Part shown: positions 1 to 13,035 of the stretch, piece by piece
Position numbering within the stretch: position 1 is the first letter of the stretch
Layout: the number at the start of each line of letters is the position of its first letter
Source: Raillietiella orientalis
Taxonomy: Eukaryota
Reading direction: 5' to 3'
DNA: 64,000 nucleotides
Assembly (NCBI GenBank): GCA_036172245.1
Contig: JAYWIR010000021.1
Span: 558,001 to 622,000, forward strand
Made by a program: the position numbers and the translations under genes
Notes under the pieces: generated by a model
The model's input: only the letters and a program-made list of their open reading frames with translations
Databases searched by the model: none
Told to the model about the DNA's origin: nothing

Positions 1-1863
1 CCCGGAAGTGCAGAAGGCGGCCCCTCGAAGAGTCGCAAGAGCGGACGAACCACAGTTGCCGTCCCAAGTGGGTGAAGACTTGAGGATTCGAGCGGCAGCT
101 CCCCCTTCCTCCTTCTCCTGTGGAATTTTTCCGCAGGGGATGCACGTGACCCGCGTAGACCCCCAGTCACGTTCGACTGATTAAAGGGCCTGGCGCTTCA
201 CGGGAACAGCCCATCGCAGTGGCTTCCCGTCCTGCCTCCTGACTACGACGAATCTCAGAGGGGTTCCGAGAGACCAGGTCAACTCTCCGCAAAGAGGTGA
301 CGACGCGACAGCAGCGCCGGTCGTTGTCAACGAGACGAGGCCAGGGCTAATATACGAAGCCAACAGGAAGGTCGGGGAGTGTTGATTACACGGGTGATGG
401 GTGTCTTCGAAGGAGGGCACGAACGGTAGCCAAGCAGCCGCAGGCAGCCGCGCGAAGGGAAAACACGGAGACGCTGAGCAAACACGGAATCTCGACGAAA
501 GCAAACCGAACGGAGGCGACCTCAGCGGTATTGAAAAAAAAGGGCGGGAAGGGGAGCGGGATTCCTCCTTGCCGAATGTATCCGGCGAACGAGGGGGGAT
601 CGGCCATCGTGTGACCCCACAACCATCTACCATCGCATATCTTTCGGAGAGGGGGGCGGATGCATCACTCTTTGTTCACCTTGAAAGGTAAAGGAAGGAA
701 GGACGGAAAGTAAGGGGGAAGAGGAGGGGTCCTTCAAAGAGCGGCTTCCGTGGAAAACCAGAGCTTTCCTTTGCGGACGCTTTGGCTCCACTTTGATCTT
801 AGCCAAAAGGCCGAGAAGCGACGCTTTGGCTCCGGAAGGTCCCAACGGCACTTCGCCAGCGCCCCGTGCTTTCCAAGTGGGGAAGAAAAGAAGGAAAAGT
901 AAGAAAGTGGCACCCTTATTCCGCCTTATTCCGGGATGCGGGTGGGCAGGCAGGAATTTACACGGTGGGCAAACCTCGGCGGAGGACGGGAAAACCTCGG
1001 GTGGTCGGCGTTCGGGTTCGTCCTGGGTAGCCTTGAGTGGTCGGTGTGCAGGAATGCAAAGGAGCACACGCGTGGATGGTGGTGGGCGGGATACGCCTGC
1101 ATTCGATTACGACGGGAAGGGATCAGGGAACGACAACTCTGGAACGGCTGCGTTTCTTGCCTAATAGGCCGCGGATCGGAGCCAAAGAGGGAAGAGGAGG
1201 AAGCGGGGGAGACCCTGTTAGACTTGCCCGGCGTGCGTCGAAGATTCCCGGAGCGGCTCCGTGCCTTCCCGTATCGATCGGCTACGCTAAATTTCCGTCG
1301 GGGAGAGTTGGGAGGAGTGAAAGCAGTGTTGCCACGCTTCGCGCCGGCGTGATCTGAGGGGCGGGGGGTGGTTCCAAGGGACCGATCGCCCTGCCCTTTC
1401 TTCCCTCCCTTTGCGGAGCGACGAGAGTCTGGGCATTGCGGCGCAAAGATGTGAGCGGGGAAGGGAAGATCACCACCATTGGATACAACGGGACGAGTGG
1501 GGTGCGGGCGTCCCCCAGACAGGGCGGGGGATCCGAATTTCACCAGGAGCCAGAAAATTCCCAATTCACGATGGAAAATCGTGAATCCGCCTGCGGGCGA
1601 ACTCCCATGCGGATGCGTTCACCACCAGGAGCGCCCGGGGTTCCCAGCGCAGAGTCCTCCGGGTCATCCCATAAAATGACCCGCAAGGCGGCTCCATGTG
1701 CACCGCCGCGTCTTCTTGTGATACCACTCGGCTCGCGAACCCTCGGTCAGCACTCGGTTAGGGTCGCTCCGCGACACGCCCATTGCGCATCCGGCGCCGG
1801 GCTGGGAGCCCCGACAGCGGCCGTCAAACTGCGGTGGGCGCGCTGCTCGGGAGGGGGTTGACA
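1..1863 (+). mobile_element. Degenerate Ty3/Gypsy LTR retrotransposon 3' part (integrase relic, PPT, 3' LTR ~1216-1863)
   Basis: Frameshifted integrase-like motifs in order: GVP (~260), DSSLPNV..GHRVT (~560-615), KSKKVAPLF/PY..IYTV..KPRVV (GPY/F module, ~895-1010). A purine tract at 1184-1212 is followed by TGTTA at 1216, and the region ends ...TGACA at 1863. Confidence 0.5.
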
Positions 1864-3504
1864 AAATAATGAGAAGTTTTTATTTAAATATTTTCAAAAA
1901 TAATAGAGAGAAGAATTAAGAAGAGGGAATTTTTGTAGTTTATAGTTTTCAATTTAAATTAATTAATTAATGGAAATATAGTTCTTCATAGTGAATTACA
2001 CAGTCACCATCCCTTCGCCGGCGCGGACCTGGAAGGTGGGGTCCGAGCCGTGCGCGAGTACGCGCGGCCGCTGCCAGCCGCAACTCTGGGGCTGCCACAA
2101 GAGGCCTCTTCGTCTGGGTTGCGCCAACCGGGTGGGGGTGGGGGGACGCTCCGGGGTCCCGGCTCGGAGGATGCGCCGGCGGAGCGAAGCGCCAAAGAGC
2201 CGAAGAAGAGCCGCCTGCGTCTCCGGGAGCCGCGGGAGTCCCCGGGCGGGGGGTGGGGAGGAAGTCCCCGTCGTCCTCTCTCGCGGGTCGCGCTTCCCCT
2301 CCTCCCCCCTACCGCCACGTTTGCCGGGTCTCCGGGGCCCCACCGACGATCCCCCGCGACGGGCGCATGCGCGGGCGGCCGCATCCGCAAAGGGGCAGGT
2401 CCCCTTCCCCGCCCTGGATCGCATGCTCCCGCCTGCGCGCGCGCTCGAGGGCGAAGCACCCTGCCCGCACGCGTGCCACGAGCGACACGCGCGCATACAA
2501 AAAAGCGAGTCGCCCTGAACGCGTGCGCCTCGCACCCGACGCTCGGTCGCGCCCGGCGAAGTCGCTACAGCTCCAGCGTCCCGGGCGTGACTCCCGGGGG
2601 CGCGTGCTCGTGCCCTCCACACTCTTACCCTTCTCTTGCCGTCACAGGTCCCCGGGAATCGTGCCGTGGAGGCCGCCGATCCGTCCCCTATTTATTTATT
2701 TATCTACCGCCTGCTCCCTGGTTCTGTCCCCAGAGAAGGGAGTCCTTTCGGGCGCAGGCCGACACGTGTCGGTCTCCAGCTGCACTCATTTTTATTTATT
2801 TATCTATTTTTTTAAAATAGGCGGCCCGGGTGCCCGGGACGAGACGGTAGCTCCGGGGCGCTCGTTGGCGGGAATCGATAAGCGCGCCCGAGCGGTGGTC
2901 CCGCCCTGCGGGAAGGTGGAAGGCGCCGGGACGGCGGCCGGAGAGGTGGGGGAGTGGGGGTTGCTCACGTGACCCCACGAGGTTGCGGGCTGTTCCCCAG
3001 CGTTCCGTTCTCGCAGGACAAAGGAGCCTCGGGGGAAGGAGGGGGAGGACAATGGGGGATGGGGAGAAGGAACGACCTCTTAAGCGTGCGAGGCAGCGTG
3101 ATTGGAAGAATCGGTCTGCGAAGGAATGATGGCGGCTGCTGCACCTCAGATGCGTCTCCGAGGAGGGCCGGTCGCCAGGCGGATCGGCGCGCAACACGAG
3201 GGAGGGTTCGTCCGAGCGGAGTCCACACTTTCGCGGAGCGAGCGAGCACCACTGCCCACCGACCGACGGATGGTCGTTGGCGAGAGTCGGAATCGCCCCG
3301 CAGATCAGGTCAGGCCGGCAGGTCGGCGGAGGTGCTCGCGCGCGGAGGCGGGAGGATCCGCTCCCTAACAGAGGCGCGCATCCCCGCGGTGGAGTCCCTT
3401 TTCCGCGAGGCCTGCCGAAGGGTCGCGCGCGGGCAGGCAGGGCAGCGCCGCCGTCGTCTCCTGGGGCTGACCGTGGGTCTCAGCGTAAACGACGTGCATT
3501 GCAG

Positions 3505-3738
3505 ACAGCAACTTCGTCCTGGGGAACGCCCAGGTGCCACCCTTCTACCCCATCGTCTACTGCTCGGACGGCTTCTGTGAGCTGTCCAACTTCCCACGGG
3601 TACAGATCATGCAGAAGAACTGTTCCTGCAGCTTCCTGTACGGTCCCGAGACCTCCGAGGAGAAGAAGATCCAGATCGAGAACTCCCTGAACCTGAAGCA
3701 GGAGCTGAAGCTCGAGGTCCTCTTTTACAAGCGCAACG
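3505..3738 (+). CDS. Elk: Elk exon (probable exon 2), PAS domain
   Basis: gcag|AC AGC AAC...AAC G|gtgagt; encodes (H)[49 protein letters not shown]...EVLFYKRNG; 234 nt, phase 1 to 1. Confidence 0.95.
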
Positions 3739-4397
3739 GTGAGTGCTCGCGCGCCGTGCCGGTTCCCCTCCCCTCCTGCACTTCGGTCGCCGCCCAGGTG
3801 GGTTCAAGACCGCGTCTGAGCCGCCACAGGGAACCGCGTAAGGACGCGTCTCCAGGATGGCGCCCGCTTCTCCGCACCAGATATTTCCTGGTAACACTTG
3901 CGACGACCACGTCACGTGACTCTGGCCTCGCTTCGAAGCCCGTTACTCGCGACACCATCCTGTCTGGCTCGTTCTTTGCCTGGGGCAGGTGTTCGGGAGT
4001 CCTCCCATTGTAGGCTCCGAATCTGTGTGGAAGTGGGGCAAGGGAACGCGTTTCGTCATGGGGTAGGAGACTCGCCGCCACAAGCACCATGGCAACCGCC
4101 TGAGAGCAGCGTCCCTGTTCCCGGCGCACCTCGGTTCTTCCGTGTCCAGCGCCCCGGGCGGAGTTTCCCCGAGGAAGGAGTCCGAGATGAGACTCCTCCC
4201 AGGCGCGGGCGCCTTCTTCGCCCTTCTGGACGCACCGCCTCCGGCGGGGAAGGAGGCAAGCAGCCCGAGAGACTTGTCTCTCTTCCTGCTGGGGTAGGGG
4301 TGGGCTTTGCACGCACGCCGACAGGCTGCTCAGAGGCGTGCAGTTGCATCACACGAACCGCATCGCATCTCAGGATGTGTGCTTCCACGTGAATTTC

Positions 4398-4632
4398 TCA
4401 TCTTCCCCTCCTTCCTTCCTCCTCTCCTCCTCTTCCTTTTTTCCTCTTCGTCCTTTCCTCTTTCTCCTTTCTTTTCTTACTTACCTTTTCTTCTTCCTCT
4501 TCCTCCTTTCGTCTTTCTCCTTCCCTCTCTCCTCTTCCCTTCCTCTTTCTCTTTCTCCCTTCCTCCTCTTCTTCCTTTCCTATTCCCTTCCTCCTTCCTC
4601 CGTCCCCCAATCCTCCATTTCCCTTCTTCCTT
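4398..4632. repeat. Long polypyrimidine (CT-rich) low-complexity tract
   Basis: About 230 bp almost entirely C/T (cttcctc-type units). Confidence 0.9.
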
Positions 4633-7600
4633 CACAAACGCGGCGGAGATGTTGGAGGTTCAGAAACTGCACGCGCTAAGGGGGGGGGGGGAGGGACGCC
4701 CTTTGCTGAACGGCGCCCATCTCCAGGAACCCCAGAGCCACGCTCCAGAGGGGAGCGAGGCTCAAGAGACGAGCAGGCAGAGCGGATGGGATCATCCGCG
4801 CTCCCGGCCATACTTCCGACTGCGCTTCCCGGAGCTCGCTTCTTCCCCACCTTCTCCCTCCGCGGTGCTCCGAAAGGCGGGAGATCAGCTGACCAGCTGA
4901 CCCGTGACGCCTCAAGAGTGACCGCAGCGGTACCTCTCTGCTCACGGGAGGTCAGCCAAGAGACCCCTCGTCGGCCATCGGGATGCGCACTGGAAGGGCT
5001 GGCACACCGCCGGCCTTCCCGGCTGCTCATGGGTGGAGAGGTCTCCTCAAAGACTTCGGGAAGCCAGTGGGAGTTCTGCCGAAGAAGTCGGCCCCTTCCC
5101 GGCGCGCACCTCCTCGCCCGAGTGTGTCCCCATGGGAACGGGAAGGTGTCGAGGGAAAGGGCGAAGATTCCAAAGCGCGTCCGCGGAGCGAAGGGGTAGC
5201 GCAAGGGAGGGTCTCGCCGGGCCTTGACCACCTCCCCTGACCTCAGGAACCTCGTCTACCTCCTCTCTCCACGAGGGCTGCAAGCGAGAGGCACCGCAGC
5301 CCCTTCCCTGGGAGACCCCGGTTGCGAAGGAGGCGCTTGCGGAGGACGGATCCCACGGCAGGCAGGCGTCGCATCCCCCTTTCCGGAGTCCCTCTCCTCG
5401 GGGTGCAACGGAAGGTTCTTTTCCTTAGGGAAAGGCGGGAAGTTTCGCGGTCTTGGCCGATGTTTTCGATTCCGTCTCGGCGCCGTCTCTCCTCAGCCTC
5501 CCTCCATTCCTGAGCAGAGCCCCGCCCTTCTTGTTGCCCCTCCCCTCCCCCATTCTCGTCTTCGTTTGTCTTTTCGTTCCTCCTTGGCGCCATCAACTCT
5601 GCGTCATCTGCCAGCACGGATGTTTGGGAGCATCGGGTTTCTTGATAGAGGCGGAACGGACGAGGAGGACCGCGCGGATGACGGTCGCGCTCTCTGCCCT
5701 CTGCTCCTCCTCTCCCGTCGGGTCTTCAGGAACGGAAATCGTCGCAGACCAGGAAATGAATGCCAGCCATTCTTCGAAGGGGAAAAGTGAGAGGGAGGGA
5801 AGTGAAATGGTTTGAGGTCAGAGGCGAATTTCCATGGAGACGACGCCCCCCCTTATTCCTGTGCTCCTTCCACACGTGATTTCGTTCCGTAGCATCCAAC
5901 CTTCCCGAAAGCATTCATCATGTTCATCAGGAATAAATAAGTGAATTCCTGACGGTCTTTCTTTCGCTCCTGATTCTTCCGTCCCCTCTACCTTTTTTTT
6001 TTTTTTTTATCCTCCCCTTCGTTCGAGCGGGCTTGGACCGTGGACGATCATACGAACCTGGTTGCCGTCGAGCATCATCGAGCGACATTTCTCGCGGCAG
6101 CGCATCTTCCGTCTCATCACTTGCGAGCGAAGCGATGGAAAATAATTGCATTCCAAGGAGAAGAAACGCATGAATCCGATCAAGAAGTTGAGGAAATTCA
6201 ACAGCAAAGGAAAAAAATTCTTCGGCGCAAGAAGGGGGACACACACACACACAAAAACACGCCGCGCGCGCGTGCACTCATACGTTCAGAGGGGTTCTTT
6301 TCCACGCGAGAAAAATCAGGAATCCCTCCCGATTGACTCCTTTTTGATAACACCACGGCACTCGAGTCACGTACGATGTACACATCATACACGACTCGAG
6401 GAACCGCCTTTGGTCATCAGGCTGTGTTCCATTTGCCTGCGAAAATCGGGATGGGAACCGCTTCCCGGATGCGGATGCAACACACTTTGTGGATTCTTCG
6501 TTCGGGAGACCTTCTACGGAAGAAGTCCTCCCCGCTGGTGGCTGCACACACGTCTTTCGGGAACGTCTTCGGCGAAGCCTTGATCGATAAGAGCCGATGG
6601 CCACGGCAGCAGAAGCAATGACGGGGAACAAAGGAATCCCAATTCCCTGGTCCTGCAAAGGGTTTCGGATCCGTGAAGGAGAAATTCGAAACTGCGTGGT
6701 CAAGTCCCCTCCCTCCCCACCCACCCCTGTAGCAGCGACGGTAACGACGAGGGGGAGAGCCGAAGACAGGACTCCACGCAGAAGGGTGAAGGTGAAAAAC
6801 CCCACTTGCCAAATTTTCGTGCCGTGGCGCCTGCTCGATCGAAATAGTCACCGGAAATGGCTTCATCATTACCGGGCGACCAGAGGCTCCGTGCTAAATC
6901 CCGGTTCTGATTGACAAAGTACTGACACTTTTAGTGGGATCCCAGTGAGCAATAACTCACGGGAACTGGGAAGTCTTACCGGTTGCAACGCCCTCCCAGC
7001 ATCACAGTTGTGGTTCTTGGCATGACACCCGTAGGGAACAGAAAATAGCTTTTTGCATGCGCGCATCCTACGATCGCATCCCGAATCCAGGTTTGGTCTT
7101 CGGGAGAAAATTACGACTTTTTAATATTATTTTCATGCAGCTCTTACGGACTGGTCACAAATCGCATCGCACACCGTGAAACACACACGCGAAAAAAGAT
7201 GCGCAACGAGGTCATATACGTCATATGCTTGACTCAGACCTCGAATTTATGGCGCTTTCTCAGGGAATTAATCCACATAGTTTAAGTGAAGATCCATAAA
7301 ATAAATAAAGCAATCTGTTTGTTTATGTCATTAATGGTAAAAGATAACAGATAAGATTCTCCTCGTAAATCACTCCTCAAATGGCGGAGGCGTGTTTTTC
7401 CTTTCCGTCTTCCTTTCCTCCTTTCCTTTGGCGAACATCGCCATCGAAACACCGCGCGAGCCGAACACCACAACTCTTCTTTTTTCGCTTTTCCTCCCAT
7501 CCCCCCGGATCGGAACGAACGAATTGTGGGATCCACACGTGACGAATGGGAAACGCGAAACGCTGACGGAGCCCGCAGGGCGTGGTCGAGGAACGCGGCG

Positions 7601-10600
7601 GGTGCGGATTCGGCTGCTGCTGCTTCGTGCAGATGCAGCCGAACACTGCACATCGCCGTGGCTTCCGGGGGGGTGGCGTTGCGAGGGTGTTGTTACGAGG
7701 CCAAAGACATGCGGAGGATTGAAAACACCAAACACGCGCTGCCCTCCACGAAGCGGAGGATTTCGCCACCCGTCCGCCCGCTTCCGCTTCGGGGTGTGTG
7801 TGTGTGGGTGGTAAAACCCAGAGGCTTTTGCGGCGGCACCACGCTCGCGAAAGCTGTTTCATCCTCCTCCTCGGTCTCCCCTCCCCCCCGGGCAGAGTGC
7901 CCGTTTCGCATCTCGGGAGTCCGCCCCCGTCGCCGTGCTTGCATGCAATCAGGGGATGAGTGGTCCAGCTCGCATCGCCGTTGCCTGCCAGATGCACCGG
8001 ATTCCCGAAAGTTCCCGCTGATCACGTCAAATGGACCCGTCTGAGTTGCGTGCTAACCGTGCGGTCCCGGAATGATTTCGTGTCGCCGAGCGCGCCGAAT
8101 TCATCCCTCCCGCTGATTTGGATGCGAGGACGCGTCCCTCGGCGCTGCCTCCTTGCTCCAGCATCCACGGTTTGCTGAGCTTAATCTGCGGTGGTTCGAG
8201 GCTGCATCTCGGCGGACTGTCCGTCCCCGCGCGCGATCAGCGTCCGCTCCCTGCGAAGCGCGTACACGCCGAATGGGCATCTCGTGGTGACACGATAGCA
8301 ACGCCCAGCAGCCTTTTCTCGGTCACTTCTCGGAGTCATCAATGGAACGGACATCTTCTTTCAGACAGAGAGAGGGAGAGAGAATAGAAGCCGCGATGGC
8401 TTCCGTTTGCTTCACTCCGAAGCACTTGTCTCTGACCTCTCTTTCTCAGTCTCACTGCAGGGCAGCATTCTTCCTTTTTTTTTTTCTTTTTTGCACAGAA
8501 CGAGTTCAGAGCCGCACGCTCACGTGCGTGCAACACACGAGTCAGAAAGAGCAATCGCGGCCATGCGGCGGCATGTTTTCGGGAAGCCAGCGATTCCGGA
8601 ACTGCGCTTCGTTCTTTTCCTCTCCAAGATCTTCTGCGACGCTTGTTTGGTGGCGTGGACCGCCTGCAGATAATCCTTCCAAAGTTCGTCGAAGCTCCCC
8701 GGCACGGGGCGCCGGGATTCGGAGGCGCATCCGAACAAAGTGCTCACCCAGGAAGTCGATCCGGGCGTGTTTTTTCCCCAAGCCGGCGACGCCAATCCTC
8801 AAAGCAGCTTCTCCTGGAAAACAACCGGATGGAAGACGGGAAGACGGGATTCACGTACGGATGGCTGTCCGAGGCGGACGCGCGCGACGGACGTTCCGCA
8901 GGCCACGCACTCCGCCTGGGGTCGTGCGCCGGCCTGCCTTGCCCACGGCGGCGGAAGGGTCCTCCTCCCCGCGGCACGCAAAGGCAGCTTCCCGGGCTGG
9001 AGCCCTTCAGAGACACTCTTTCATCGGGGAAATGCTCTCGCAGGATCGATGTTTTCAAAAGTTGGGTCTTGAAAGCTTCGAAATTTCGAAAACAATCTCG
9101 GGAGCGTGCGTACCAAACAGACTGTTTACGTTCGTGGAGCCAAGATGCCTGCGAGAATAAAAGAGAATCCTGTTTGATTCTTCCTGATGAATATTTTTAG
9201 CCGCTAAGCCAAGATCGTGTATACAAATTACTGTTGAAATAGTTTTTTGGGATGCTGCGCTCGCGCGAGCGTCTACGCCGAACCATTTCCAACACTTGGC
9301 TGATATTTGTTTACTTAAACGTCTCGAAATTGCACAATATATCTTGTTTAGCGTCTGATTCAGCACGCCAATTTTTCGAGCCATTGCGCGCGTCCAGGGT
9401 GAGCCACCGATGGAAATTACCTGCACTCACACAAACTGAAAGGACAGGGCGATCGCGCAAGAAGGTCGCTTTGTGACCCGTACGACCGTCGTGACGGCCT
9501 TCGTGCTCAGAGAGCCACGGGCCATGGAAAAGCTCTCCTTTCGAAAGCTCTCCTTCTCCTCAGCATCATAGCATGAAGAATTCGCCGTGCATCAAGAAGA
9601 CCTTCCAAGGGAAATCTGACCTGACGGAGGGATCCCGAAATGCCCCAAACGACCCACGCACGCCATCAAGCGCGGATAAGTTAGCCTATAGTTGATTCCA
9701 AGAATAGGGGAAGGTCACGTCCTTTCGAGACGGAAAAGGTCATACGGGCCGAAGCAAACAAGTCGTAGCTTTCTTCGCGGGGTCAGCGGGTGACACTGAA
9801 GGCCACTTCTTGCAGAAGCAGTGACAGTAGAGGCCAGACGTTTTTTTGAATAAGTGGAAGAAATAGAAAACTGTCCTTCAAATGCTGCTGCTGCTTCTCT
9901 GGCATCGAGATGGGCAACGAACAACTCCAGAACCAAACGAGTCTGGTTCCTTGTATACTTGTGGAGCGAGACTGGTACACTCCGTCCGACCATGAATGAA
10001 CGGCGAATTCAAGGAGGCCTTTCGTGAAAGAAAGGATTCTGCTTCATTGCCTCCTGAATAAGTTCGAACGCAGTTCGACGTCCGAGAACGGGATAGCAGT
10101 TTTTTACATTCCTCGGGCCCTCACGAACGAGTGTCCAAGAACAGACATTCCTCCATGAGGAATGGAGCGAAAATCATGACTCGAATACGTGTACTGTACA
10201 CTGCATGCACACAAGTGATGATGTATGCGTGAACACCCTAAAGGAATCATGGAAGCTACCACCACCTGCATTTGTCTCTTCCTTAAATTCTTTCCTTTGT
10301 ACCATCACTTGCGTACATTACATTCCATCTTTGTGATTCCAATAGGCTTTTTTTTTTTCCTGATCGGAAATCATAAATGCAGAAGAGCGTACGCAGCAGC
10401 GTACCGTGTACGTTTGGTTCTCCTCATCGTGGGGAGAGTGCAGACCAATGGGTTGATGATCATTAACATTAACTGAAGCAAAACGAAAATCGTAGCTTCT
10501 GGCTGGAGGTTCGTTTAGCACGGGTAAATCACTCTCCCCCTCCCATCCCCTAGTATTTGGTTCCATCCCATATTCCTCGATGACACTTTCTGTTTACACT

Positions 10601-11646
10601 TGTGTTTGTGAGTTTGATTTCGGGGGAACTCGTATCTAACGTAAAGGATGCTCAGAAAGATTAGATTTCGCGGGTCAGTAATTGACACCAGCGTGCCCTC
10701 TGACTCCACTGGAAATTCTCTCGAATGGCTTCCACCTTAATCCTTTGCACACCTGCCAAGCAGGAGCACACTGCGCACGTTTCCTTTTTGCTTCCGTGAC
10801 GTGATCTTTGAAGAAAGAACGAACGAGACGGGAAATTTCGCCGCTCGAAGGCCTTGCAAGCTGAAACGGCTCTGTGACCTGACTCTCTGCGACCTCCTCA
10901 TCACTCCAAACTTCCGTGTTATTCTCAAGGCACTCCTCCTCCATCGCCGCTTTGGATCAGCGAGCCCGTTGCCAGGCTGCGCTTCGCAGCCTCTTCGGCG
11001 CAGTGAATGTCAACTGCCGATTTTAATTAGCCACACCGAAGGAAGAGCGCACTCCGAAGAAGTCGTGATTTATAAGACCAATGTGGAGTCCGTTTCGCTC
11101 AATCGAAAGCAAAAAGGAGACTGAAATAACGTTGGAGCAAATCCCAGAGCACGTCTGGGTGCACATCAATGAGGGCGGGATTTCCTTTTTAGCAAATTTT
11201 GGTTTCCCCAGACGGTTGCCATAGGTGGGCTCGGCCCCATTTGGCGAACATCTTGACGGTAGCAGCGCGCCTCCACTCTTCCAAGGGAACCGACAGGCAG
11301 AACCGGGTCGAAAACAATCCTCGTGAGCTCCTGATGCGAGTCAAATGGGTTTTCTCAATCCGCTCTTCAGCGTGGCCGAAGAGAATGATCCCTCCCTGTT
11401 TCGTTTGTATCAGCTGCACACGATCCTCCCTGTTTTTCAGAGGTTCGACAAGCGGGCTTCATCCTGGCCGTCCCCGATGACTCTGTCTGCTCCTGAAAAG
11501 TCACGGATCGGTTTCCCTGATCCCTAATCGGTCGTGGTCTTCCTTTGTCGCTGCTGAGTTGCGCGAACCGCTCCTTCCGTGGCTTTCCGCTTCAGTGTCC
11601 TCGCCTTTGCCTCGTACCGAAACCCTCTGTGACCATCTGCCTAGCT

Positions 11647-13035
11647 GTTTCTCACCCGGGTGCGCCGGGACGTTTATTCCTAAACTATCCAGGAACAGAG
11701 TTCCCGGACGAATGACACAGAAGAAACGAAGGGGGGGATCCCCGACACAGGTCGGTAAACCGAAAGTCCGGAACGGGAGGGAGGGTACCACAAATACACA
11801 TATAAAAAATACAAAAAAAAAAGATATGGGAAGGTAGGGGACAGGGGTTTTTGGTTTGGCCGTTCCTTTCCTTCAGAACCGGCTATGAATGCCGGTGATC
11901 TCGCTCCTAACGTTCTCTGGAAGATGGTCCCACACGGCAGCCGACGTCATGTTCACGACGGCTGTTCCGGTGGCCTGTCGACGAATCGCCAGCTTCTACC
12001 ACTCTCGGTGGGCCTTGTCGATGGCGCGGGTGCAACAGACCGTTGCGATGACAGCACCTAAGGACAGGCCGCCTGGCGTGAAGAAGCGGAGCATCAAGTC
12101 TCCTGCGGTGTTCCCCTGGTGCAGGAGAGCTGAAGCCAGCCTCCGCCACAGTCCTTGGAGGACACCGCAGTCCAGGAGCAGATGGGGGAGAGTTTCCACT
12201 TCCCCGCACCGCTTACAGTTCGGGAAGACAACTCCCCCAGAAACACGGTTCGTCCGCTGGCTGGAATGAAAGCCCCAATGCACCAGCATGATGGCGTCCT
12301 GTTTGCAAGTTAAAGGGAACATGGAAGTGTTGAAACAGGAGGGAAGGACCACAAGTTCTTCGGGGGGCACACTCAAATGTTCGCTCCACCGAAGGAGTCC
12401 CTTCGCAATGTTGCGAGGTGTGGTGGCGTCTGCCAGCTCGCAAGTCTTCCAGCCGCCCGTGGGTCGGGTTGCTCCTGCGATGGTGCAGGCGACCTCCCAC
12501 CTCGCCGGCAGGCAGCTGTCATCACTTGCCCTGAGGGCTGACAGCGAGTCGGCGAGGGGCGTGACGGCCAGGCGAGTCCAGGCTGTTTCCAGGCCGTAGT
12601 TCTCCTGGCTGTTCCAGACCTCATCCACCGTGCAGTACGGGGAGAGGTTGGCGCAACAGAGTTCCAAGAGCGAAACATCCTGTTGCTTTGCCCAGGCATG
12701 CAACGATTCCTGCCGCCAGGCGTCAAAGTTCGTTGGGCGGCAGGAGATCCATGCGTGGGCTACCAGGAGCCGGTAGAGAGGTTTCAAGGGGAAACCGAAG
12801 CTTCTCGTGGCGCGCTCCGTATGCGGCCGGAGCGACAGAAGTCCATCGCTGCCGGTGCAGCGCCGCAGGAACAGGCGCGTGGGAGCGCACCACGGAGTGG
12901 ACCGAAGGTTGGTGCGCAGGGCCAACATCCGAAGCTGCACCTGCAGCTCGATTCTTTCCAGCGTCAGGATGCCCAAGCCGGCATTCCGACGCGGAGCCGC
13001 CAAGTCTTAGTCGCCCCTACAGCTAGGCAGTCTTA
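11647..13035 (-). mobile_element. 5'-truncated Tx1/L1-type non-LTR retrotransposon (ORF2 C-terminus and 3' UTR)
   Basis: ORF 11996-13003(-) begins AAPRRNAGLG (post-RT 'P...GGLG' motif) and has the CCHC zf-RVT motif CKRCGEVETLPHLLLDC. AATAAA lies on the minus strand near 11673-11678. A 12-bp direct repeat ATCTGCCTAGCT at 11635-11646 and 13036-13047 is the likely TSD. Confidence 0.8.

Noticed and set aside
1..3504. Elk first coding exon (expected M...[20 protein letters not shown])
   Set aside because: No such peptide is visible in any frame; it is presumably upstream of the window.
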